From the NCBI GenBank assembly GCA_965217585.1, contig OZ244561.1:4224001-4288000 (forward strand): DNA of 64,000 nt, written 5' to 3'. Source of the stretch: Candidatus Latescibacterota bacterium (GTDB lineage Bacteria > Latescibacterota > UBA2968 > UBA8231). Position 1 is the first letter of the stretch. Every line of letters begins with the position of its first letter. Of this stretch, positions 46,519 through 54,421 are shown piece after piece. The notes beneath the pieces are model-generated. The model was not told the origin of the DNA. It searched no databases and saw only the letters and a program-made list of their open reading frames with translations. A program made the translations under genes and the position numbers.

Positions 46519-49500
46519 TTACGCCGACACTTCGCTGCGCAGCCCTTGCAGAATTTCCGCGCCCTGTTGGCGGTAGCCTTCTTTGGCCTCGGCATCCACC
46601 GTGCGCCAGATGAGGAACTGTTTGCGGATGACGTTCATAAAGCGCTGGTTGACCCTCCGCCACGAGGCGTCCTCGCCGCTGAGTCGCTTGATTTGCAGGC
46701 CGACTGCGTAAATGTTGTGCTCGGCCTCTGGCATGGCCTGCACGGTGACGTGTTGGCTGACGCCCAAGTCGAAAGGAGCCAGCCAGATATTCATGTCGAT
46801 GAGGTACCCTTCGCCGTTGGGCGTTTCTTCGCGTCTCAAGCTGGCACCGTCGGTGTAGAAGGTGCCGATGGACTCCTCACTGTAGGAGTCGAAGTAGCCG
46901 ATGAGGAATACGCTCAAGCCCAAGACCTCGTGGCCGCTGACCGTAAAGGGGAACTCGAAATCCCACTGGTCACCGTCGGGCGGCGGCAGCTTCCACTTGC
47001 GGGTCACGTCCGGCACGGCCATCTGCGAAGCCTTGCGCGCTGGATAAATCGTCGAGAGCATGACCACGGCCATCACCAGCATACAGGACAGCACCGCTGC
47101 TACTGAGGAGTAGTTGAGCGTGAAGCCGCCCAGCAGATCGAACTCGATGAGCACTTTGGCGATTACTTGGCCGCTGAGATAACCAGCGACGACGCCCAGC
47201 ACCGAATAGACGCAACTCTCGGCGATAAAGAGCCAAGAGATATGGCCGGGGGCTAGGCCCACCGAAGAGTAGATGCCGATTTCGCGGAAGCGCTCGTACA
47301 CGCTGCCCATCATGGTGTTGAGCACGATCAGCGAGGCGATCAGCATGGGGATAAACAAGTTGCTCATGCCGGAAAAGGAGGTCAGCCCCAGCGATGAGTA
47401 AATCGCCACCTTGATGTATTCATCGCCGGGCTCCTTGACTCCGGCGAACAGCGTCACCGCGAGGCGCGCGAGAAACTCCTCGACCTCGCCGCGCACGTCG
47501 GTGCCCCCGGGAAAGCGCACGGCCACCGATTGCAGGGGGTTGCCGCTGCCGACGTTGCGCAGCGTGTGGTAGGGCGTGATTAGGATGTTGGCCGGTTCTA
47601 GATGGACAAAGGGCTTGATGACGACCTTGGCGTCCTCCAAGCCCTGCTTTTCGCGCTTTTCTTCCTCGGCGATTTCCTGTACGGCTTGGCCGCCGGTGAC
47701 GGCGAAGTCGGCTGGCGTCAGGATTTCATCGTCGAGGTCTTTGAGGTCCTTCATCCGCTTGGAGTCGAGGACGCCAACGACCGTGAACAAGTCGCCGAAG
47801 ACCCTGACTTTCGCTCGGCCGACATCGGCTAAGTCAATGTCGAGATGGGCCTCCTTAACCATGTCGATGGGCAGGATGCAAACCTTGTCCTCGCCCGGCC
47901 CAAACCACCGCCCGGCGACTAGGGCTTGGTCCAGCCCGGTGACCTCGGTTTCCTCCGGGGTCAATCCGAGGACACCGAGCGCGTTATGGGCCTTGTCACC
48001 GTGTTTTATTTTGATGTGCGCCTTGGCCTTGTTGCTGTACCAGCTGCGCGGTGCGACCGCGGCCCGATCACCGAAATTGCTGCGGGCGTATTCGAGCACG
48101 GAATCTTCCATCGGATTCCATGCCTTGCTGCGGATTAGGATGCCTTCGTAGAGGCCCTCGTTGTCGCGGCTGATTTGGTTGAACCGCAGGCCCGTGCGGA
48201 TGGAGGTGAAAGACAGCACCGTAAAGGTCAGCAGCAAGAGCGTGGTAAAGGTGAGAACCGTGCGCGTCTTGCGCCGCTTCATGTTGGAAATCCCGAGCTC
48301 GAAGGCCGTTACCGAAGCCGAAGAGCGGCTGACGTCCGTGTCGTGGATCACGGCCACCTCGGTGCGCAGCTTTTTCATCTGCTCGTTGAAGCGGCCGGAA
48401 ATGATCGACATCACGAGAGCGGCCAGCGCGATGATGATGAAAGCGAGCAGAATGACGAAGGGATTGGATAGCTGAAAGGCCGGATGCACCATCCACAGCA
48501 CGATCCAGATCACTAGGAATACCCCGACGAATCCGATGATCTGATTGCGGATCGTGGCGGCGGAAAAAATGAGTCGCTCGGTAAAAAAGGCGCAGGGAAT
48601 GACGAGGGCCATAAAGAAGATAATGCCCTGAACGACGTCGTTTTGGGTGGATTTGACGTCTGGATAGGCGCGCGACTCCAGCCCAAAGGCCGCGCGCGTG
48701 TGACGCACAAAGTCGCGCCAACGCAGCTCGGCACCCGCCGTCGCGGCTTGAGCTAACTCGGTCTCGGCCCGGTAGTGGAGATCGTTGAGACGCTGGTTCT
48801 CAATCGCAAAGCTCCGCAACTCGCGCATCCGCGACTCGTCGAGATTCCACATGTCTTGGGCGGCTTGGAAGGTCGTGCGGGCAAAGGAAGTACCGGGGCG
48901 GATCTCAAAGCCCTCGCCCTCGGCCTTGTCTTTGTCGGTGGCACTGGTGGAGTTGAGCAGCAGCGAGCGAAATCCCAGCAGGCCAGCGCCAAAACCCATC
49001 TTGACGCGCGAGCCGGGCCGCGCGAAGAGCACCCCAACCGGCTCGTTTTGGGCCGAGGGGCCTTCGCCGATGGTGTAACCGTACTCCACGGGTGCGCCGT
49101 TTGTCTCGTCGAAGACCGCCACGTTGGATAGCTTGGTGAGATAGCGCGGATCGACGATGTCGAAGAAGTTGTAGGGCACGCAGGGGAAGAGGATGACCAT
49201 CCACTGCTTGTCGCGCCAGTCCATGGAGACCCTCATCGGGTAGCTCTCGTCGCCTTGCACGCCGCGATCCGGGGCGTAGGTGATGCGGCCGGTGATCGGG
49301 TCCATGTAGTAGCCCTCGATCTGCACGTTGTTGACCCGCACCCGATTTACGTAAAAGGCCCCCTTATCATCGACGACCTCGTAGTACTCGCCGCGCACGC
49401 CTTTGTACGACTTTTTCTTGCCGTTGCGCACGACGGCCACTGCGTCTGCACGCGGTAGGTCGGGGATGATGCTGCGGCGCGGAAAGACCATGGTCCGACC

Positions 49501-51348
49501 GCGCAGCGAGCGCAGATTGTCGCGCAGGCGCATCTTGAAGTCCGGGAAAAGCTCTGGGTCTTCAAAGGCCATCTCGAACATGCCGGCGAGCACCCGGATC
49601 TGTTTGGCGAGATTGGCGTGGTTGACGTGCTCGGCTCGATCTAAGGGCGTATCGACGAGGAAGCGCGCATCGTTGACGGTGACAAAGGCCAACGCCGGCG
49701 TACCCGTCGCCAACACCAATTCGCTATTGACCGATATTTCGCCCGGCACAAAGGTCTGCCAGCTCATCCCGCCTTCGGGACTGATGCCATTGACCAACAC
49801 GTCGCGCCGCTGGTAGCCCAACTCGCGGCTGATCTTGCGCGCATAACCCATAAAGTTCTTGCCGAAGGGCGCGAAGTAGCGCTTGTAGTAAAAGCTGGTA
49901 TTGCTATTCCATACTCCGAGCTCGTCGGTCTGCGACGACAGGTCGAGGCTGATGAAGAGCTTGACCGCGAGCGAATCGACTTTGGGATCGACCCAGCGCT
50001 TGTAGAGCGCAAGGCGCAAGTCGTCGTCCGAGTGCAACTCATCAACCAGTTCGTCGCGGTTTTTGAATTGCTTGCCGGCGAGGTGCAGTGCGCCTTCTTC
50101 TCGACTCAGCAGCCCCTTAATGCCCTCTATTGTCTTCTTCCACAAGCCCCACGAACTGCTGGCTGCGTCTTCCTCTTGGCTCAGCAGCCCTTCGGCGAGT
50201 GCGGCGTCGGCAATGTGCGCGGCCAAGTCGGTACGTCCTTCGGCAACGCTCCGCACGAGGGCTTCCTTGCCGGTAAACTCCTCCTCCTCGCCGATGGCGT
50301 AGTGGATGCCGTCTTGGGCGACCATGTTCCGCGCAAGTGCGGCATCGACGACCCGCCGTACCAGCATGTGTTCGATAAAGGGATCCTCTTTGCGCAAATA
50401 GCGCTGGATGAAATCATCGACCCCGCGCAGGCCCAAGTGGTGCGCCGAAGTGGCGAGAAAGACGATCGTGCGCGCCGGTGGGTTGGCGCGAAAATAGCGC
50501 GCCAGCTCTAAAAGCGCAGTAATGCTGGAGGCCTGCTCGGCACCCGGGGCGAGGGCTGGCACGACCGACATGGCGTCGTAGTACGCCTCCAGCACGATTA
50601 CGTCTTCTTTCAGCAAGGGATCGTATCCGGGGATCGTGCCGAGGATATTCCAAGCAGAACGCCGCTCCCAATCCATGCGGTACTCGAGGTGGAGCGTCTG
50701 CTCGCCCGCGGCGGCCAACTGGTGGCGCAAGTGATGGCCGGCTTGGCGATTGATCCAGAACCTCGGCAGGTCGAGCGGCATGGAGAGGAACTTTTTTTCG
50801 CCCTCCAGGTACACGGTGGAGTCCGGCTCGATAAAGAGGATGGCCTGCGCCCCGAGATAGGCGGCATTGAGCCAAGCGTCGCCCGAATTGAAGTCCATCA
50901 GGGCCACGGCTCCTTCGACTTGTTTGCCGTCCATGTCCGCGTACTCGCCCGCGCCGGCGTCGATCAAGCGCCCGGTCACCCCGCCTTCGGGCAGCGTCGA
51001 GGTTTTGACTAGATTGGGCCAGAGGCCGTGGATTGGCACTGATTCGTCGCTGCCGACGACTTGCAGAAACCCACCCTTATCGACCGGAATCGAGACATCG
51101 TATTCGTGGATTGCGATGTCGTCGAGGCCGATTGCACGGAAGCGCTCCTGCACGATCTGGGCCGCTTGGTCGGCACCTGGGTAGCCGGCGATTCTAGATC
51201 CCAAGCTGGCAAAGGTGTCCATCGTCTGCTGCACGCGCTCGACTGGGGTCGTGCGCGCCAACTCGGCAAAATCGACCTCGGCTTGGGCTAGTGTTGCGCC
51301 GGCCAGAACCCAGCCGAAGGCCATCCACCTCACCGCGAACTTAGGCAT
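46519..51348 (-). CDS. Giant M28-peptidase-like + PA + FtsX/MacB-like permease fusion (about 1609 aa)
   Basis: Signal peptide from ATG 51348; SRIAGYPG, PA domain, NILGTIPG..VLEAYYD; TM bundle; NMKRRKTRTVLT, FTVVGVLD, MGSVYERFREIGIYSSVG, YPARKAS (FtsX signatures). Confidence 0.85.
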   Translation of the reverse strand: MPKFAVRWMAFGWVLAGATLAQAEVDFAELARTTPVERVQQTMDTFASLGSRIAGYPGADQAAQIVQERFRAIGLDDIAIHEYDVSIPVDKGGFLQVVGSDESVPIHGLWPNLVKTSTLPEGGVTGRLIDAGAGEYADMDGKQVEGAVALMDFNSGDAWLNAAYLGAQAILFIEPDSTVYLEGEKKFLSMPLDLPRFWINRQAGHHLRHQLAAAGEQTLHLEYRMDWERRSAWNILGTIPGYDPLLKEDVIVLEAYYDAMSVVPALAPGAEQASSITALLELARYFRANPPARTIVFLATSAHHLGLRGVDDFIQRYLRKEDPFIEHMLVRRVVDAALARNMVAQDGIHYAIGEEEEFTGKEALVRSVAEGRTDLAAHIADAALAEGLLSQEEDAASSSWGLWKKTIEGIKGLLSREEGALHLAGKQFKNRDELVDELHSDDDLRLALYKRWVDPKVDSLAVKLFISLDLSSQTDELGVWNSNTSFYYKRYFAPFGKNFMGYARKISRELGYQRRDVLVNGISPEGGMSWQTFVPGEISVNSELVLATGTPALAFVTVNDARFLVDTPLDRAEHVNHANLAKQIRVLAGMFEMAFEDPELFPDFKMRLRDNLRSLRGRTMVFPRRSIIPDLPRADAVAVVRNGKKKSYKGVRGEYYEVVDDKGAFYVNRVRVNNVQIEGYYMDPITGRITYAPDRGVQGDESYPMRVSMDWRDKQWMVILFPCVPYNFFDIVDPRYLTKLSNVAVFDETNGAPVEYGYTIGEGPSAQNEPVGVLFARPGSRVKMGFGAGLLGFRSLLLNSTSATDKDKAEGEGFEIRPGTSFARTTFQAAQDMWNLDESRMRELRSFAIENQRLNDLHYRAETELAQAATAGAELRWRDFVRHTRAAFGLESRAYPDVKSTQNDVVQGIIFFMALVIPCAFFTERLIFSAATIRNQIIGFVGVFLVIWIVLWMVHPAFQLSNPFVILLAFIIIALAALVMSIISGRFNEQMKKLRTEVAVIHDTDVSRSSASVTAFELGISNMKRRKTRTVLTFTTLLLLTFTVLSFTSIRTGLRFNQISRDNEGLYEGILIRSKAWNPMEDSVLEYARSNFGDRAAVAPRSWYSNKAKAHIKIKHGDKAHNALGVLGLTPEETEVTGLDQALVAGRWFGPGEDKVCILPIDMVKEAHLDIDLADVGRAKVRVFGDLFTVVGVLDSKRMKDLKDLDDEILTPADFAVTGGQAVQEIAEEEKREKQGLEDAKVVIKPFVHLEPANILITPYHTLRNVGSGNPLQSVAVRFPGGTDVRGEVEEFLARLAVTLFAGVKEPGDEYIKVAIYSSLGLTSFSGMSNLFIPMLIASLIVLNTMMGSVYERFREIGIYSSVGLAPGHISWLFIAESCVYSVLGVVAGYLSGQVIAKVLIEFDLLGGFTLNYSSVAAVLSCMLVMAVVMLSTIYPARKASQMAVPDVTRKWKLPPPDGDQWDFEFPFTVSGHEVLGLSVFLIGYFDSYSEESIGTFYTDGASLRREETPNGEGYLIDMNIWLAPFDLGVSQHVTVQAMPEAEHNIYAVGLQIKRLSGEDASWRRVNQRFMNVIRKQFLIWRTVDAEAKEGYRQQGAEILQGLRSEVSA

Positions 51349-51365
51349 AATTGTAAGTGCCTTTC

Positions 51366-53336
51366 TCAGATCCAGAAGACCACATTGTCGGTCATACCCA
51401 TAAAAAAGTCGATAATCAACCAAAGCCCGGCGATGAAAAACTGGCCTATGATCAGGCCTAAAAAGAAGGGACGCGCCCGGCGAAAAAGGCTGGGACCGCC
51501 GTATTTCATCGCCAATAGCTTTAAGAGCCAAGCAAGGGCAATGCTAAACCACAACTGATCCATCAGCCATACGGCACCAATGGGGTATCCAATGGGATGC
51601 AGAGGCCACCACAAGAGCCGCTGGCGCGCCCACATGAGCAGGGCCATGATGCCCCCGCCGACAAAAGTGTGAATCCAGCCATCGATGTTCGGCTTGGTGG
51701 GCGCGCTTAACTTGGTGGTAATATAATCAAAAGGGGCGCGAGTTCCACCACCAAAAAACCACCCGTTGAGATTGATGCCGCCGTATTCGTAGGCGAGGTA
51801 CAAAATCGCTGCGACCGAACCGACAATGCTGACAAAAATCGCCAGCAGCATGTACCAAAAAAGCGGTCGCAGCCGCGGCCCCAGTTCTTCGCCCAGCTTG
51901 AGGCCGTGTGCGCAGGAAGCCATGACAAACGTGCGGATATCCGCCGCCCACACATAGGTGTACGCAAGGCCCACCATGCCCGCCGGTCCGATCGCCGAAG
52001 AGCCTACGGCCGAGACCAAGGCCGACGAAGAAATCATCGGCCCGACTGCCGCTGCCACGCCCCCCTCTACTACCACTCGGGTCAGGCCGATGAAGATAAG
52101 AATGGCCAGCATCAGGGTCAAAAGGGACGCCCACAGCGGCAAGCCGGACTGCCACAGCCAGATGGTCATCACCGCGACTCCGGCGAGCCAGGTTAAGACC
52201 GCCGCCCGGTAGGACAGCATCTCGCCGCGGTCGTCGATGCGGTCGTCGCCCGTGAGGGCCTTGCGCAGTACGTCGCGCAGGTGTTCGCGGCCGACCCATA
52301 GGCCGAAGAACACTAAGACGATCATCGCCCCCTGCCCTTGGTGGGCGAGAATTGGCTCGCTAGGAGCGCCGTAAATGCCCAGCTTTTCGGTGCTGCCGAC
52401 TCCTAAAACCCCCAGCCCCCCTCGGATCAGCTTGGCGATGGTGTTGAAAAACCACAGACTGAAGGCGATGTCGAGGTTGATTAAATAGGCGAACCCCACC
52501 ATGGGAAAGCTCAGGCGGAAGATCAGGCTGACGGTATTGCGCAGGATCGGAACGGAGGAGACGAGCTGGATGGCGGGAATGAAGTTGAAGTACGCGTGTA
52601 GGGCGTTGAGGCTGCTGACGAGCACAGGCAAGGCAAAGCCGATCCACATGATCGGGTTTTTGAAGAAAGGACCTAGCGCCTGTCCGCGGTCTCCGCTCTC
52701 CACCATGGCCAAGGGCACTTGCACCAGCGGGTAAACTAGCCGCTCCCGCTCCACCCACTGGCGGCGCAGAATGACCATAGACGAGATCATAACCAAGTAC
52801 AGGGCCACGATCAGCACGGCCCAATAGCACAGCGGGCCACCCCAGACGGCCCAAGGCACCCCAGCGGTGCGCGGTGCTCCTTCGTAAAACCACTTGATCG
52901 ACTCGGGATCCTGCGGCGCGATCCACTCGGGAAGGTGCGGCAGGATGTGCAAGGCCCACTCGTTTTCCGGGGTGGCGTAGTACTGAGCGCCGGTGATGAT
53001 CGTCAGCCAGTACTCGCTGAGGCCCATCGTGGGGATGGCCGAGGCCGTGAGCATCATAATGTACGCGACGATGAGCTCGCAGCGCCCGAGGGCCACAGGG
53101 GCGGCGAAGCGAGTCAGCAAGGCGTTGAACAAGCCCGTCAGCACGAAGAAGAGGAACAGGGCACCCGCCGCGCTGAAATCAATCGACATGTAGGAGCCGC
53201 GGATGACCATATTGCCGTACGGTGCCCCCACGGCGATGCACAGTGACCCTAGGGTGCCCGCCACCAGCGCTTTGGCGCTGAAGACCGGCTCGGCTCGTAC
53301 TGGGGCCTGAGAGGTAGGCTCTTTCGACAAATCCAT
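51366..53336 (-). CDS. DUF6785/DUF6784 polytopic membrane protein
   Basis: QWVERERLVYP, FFKNPIMWIGF, AHQGQGA, LSYRAAV, WWPLHPIGY, KYGG..RPFFLGLIIG. Confidence 0.8.
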   Translation of the reverse strand: MDLSKEPTSQAPVRAEPVFSAKALVAGTLGSLCIAVGAPYGNMVIRGSYMSIDFSAAGALFLFFVLTGLFNALLTRFAAPVALGRCELIVAYIMMLTASAIPTMGLSEYWLTIITGAQYYATPENEWALHILPHLPEWIAPQDPESIKWFYEGAPRTAGVPWAVWGGPLCYWAVLIVALYLVMISSMVILRRQWVERERLVYPLVQVPLAMVESGDRGQALGPFFKNPIMWIGFALPVLVSSLNALHAYFNFIPAIQLVSSVPILRNTVSLIFRLSFPMVGFAYLINLDIAFSLWFFNTIAKLIRGGLGVLGVGSTEKLGIYGAPSEPILAHQGQGAMIVLVFFGLWVGREHLRDVLRKALTGDDRIDDRGEMLSYRAAVLTWLAGVAVMTIWLWQSGLPLWASLLTLMLAILIFIGLTRVVVEGGVAAAVGPMISSSALVSAVGSSAIGPAGMVGLAYTYVWAADIRTFVMASCAHGLKLGEELGPRLRPLFWYMLLAIFVSIVGSVAAILYLAYEYGGINLNGWFFGGGTRAPFDYITTKLSAPTKPNIDGWIHTFVGGGIMALLMWARQRLLWWPLHPIGYPIGAVWLMDQLWFSIALAWLLKLLAMKYGGPSLFRRARPFFLGLIIGQFFIAGLWLIIDFFMGMTDNVVFWI

Positions 53337-53371
53337 TGAGATGATCTAAAGAAAAGGTCTATACATTTATA

Positions 53372-53893
53372 TTATTGGCCCTGGTCCAACCAGCCTATTT
53401 TTGCTAGTTGTTCCAAGGTCCACCAAGCCAAAAACCCGATCACTCCTCCGCTGACCAAAGCGCTGAACAAGGCCAGCGGCAACAGTGCGAACAGACCGCT
53501 GTGGCCGATATAGCCAGAGGCGAGGACGAGCTGGCTGAGCTGGTGCGCCAACGCGCCCCAGATGCTCAGACCCACGACGCTGAAAAGCCGCGCTCCCATG
53601 CGGCGGACCGCAACCATGACCAACCAGCTCGCCAAGCCAGCCCCACCGCCAATGACAAAGGCCGGACCGGCAAATCCCCCGCTGAGCAAGCCGCCAGCTA
53701 CGAGCTTGATGGCACTAACGGCCAACGCCGGACCGCCGCCAAAGCTCACCAGCGCGACCAAGACCGGCAGATTGCCGAGCCCCAACTTCATCCAGGGCAA
53801 GGGTTTGGGCACCAGCGCTTCAAAGGCGAAGAGCACGATTGCCGCACTGGCTATAAGCCCCAAACGGGCCACGTCTCTAGGCTGCGCAAACAT
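53372..53893 (-). CDS. Gx transporter family (heptaprenyl diphosphate synthase component I-like)
   Basis: EALVPKPLPWMKLGLGN, SVVGLSIWGALAHQLSQL; ATG overlaps the upstream stop (TGATG). Confidence 0.85.
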   Translation of the reverse strand: MFAQPRDVARLGLIASAAIVLFAFEALVPKPLPWMKLGLGNLPVLVALVSFGGGPALAVSAIKLVAGGLLSGGFAGPAFVIGGGAGLASWLVMVAVRRMGARLFSVVGLSIWGALAHQLSQLVLASGYIGHSGLFALLPLALFSALVSGGVIGFLAWWTLEQLAKIGWLDQGQ

Positions 53894-54282
53894 CAGCGAA
53901 TCATCGCGTCTATGGGCGCGGCTCCAGCGATCCTCAGCACTAGGCCGTTGGGCACGCACGCGGCTACGTCGCCCGCCTGCCGCATCCAGCCCTGCCGCAT
54001 GCAGATCTTGTGGACGCAGGGCGCGGAAATCACGCGCACCCCCTTGGGGCCGATCTCGATTTCGCTCGCTCCCAAAGGTCCTACAACCGGCAAGACCCCG
54101 TAGCTGGAGAGGGCATGTGCGGCGGGCGCGGCCCCTGCCAACTCGACGATGAGCACGCCGCCGGCCTCGGCCGTGTAGCGGCCGTAGAGTACCAGCCCGA
54201 TCGCACTCAAGCCCACGACGAGCGCGAGGATTTTATCCGCTCGCGTCAACGCCGGTGCGTTTTCGGTATTTAGCCGCCACAT
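53893..54282 (-). CDS. NusG domain II-containing membrane-anchored protein
   Basis: N-terminal TM; GPLG..EI..VRVISAPCVHKICMRQGW..ACVPN. Confidence 0.85.
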   Translation of the reverse strand: MWRLNTENAPALTRADKILALVVGLSAIGLVLYGRYTAEAGGVLIVELAGAAPAAHALSSYGVLPVVGPLGASEIEIGPKGVRVISAPCVHKICMRQGWMRQAGDVAACVPNGLVLRIAGAAPIDAMIR

Positions 54283-54421
54283 CCTGCGTCCTTTTCTATT
54301 TCCATTTTAATCTAACTTCTACTGCGCGTGCAAACGAGTGGGTAACTTCTGCTTGTATGTACTTGTTTTTTTTCTAAATACTTATTTATATTGACGGGCA
54401 AATAGAAGAACAAAGGATCCC

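Noticed and set aside
51349-51531. N-terminal extension of the M28/FtsX ORF as listed (1670 aa)
   Set aside because: It overlaps the DUF6785 gene; ATG 51348 gives a clean signal peptide and has an SD-like AAAGG.
53893-54282. Transcription factor NusG
   Set aside because: Only the domain-II-like Cys module with a TM anchor is present; no NGN or KOW domain.
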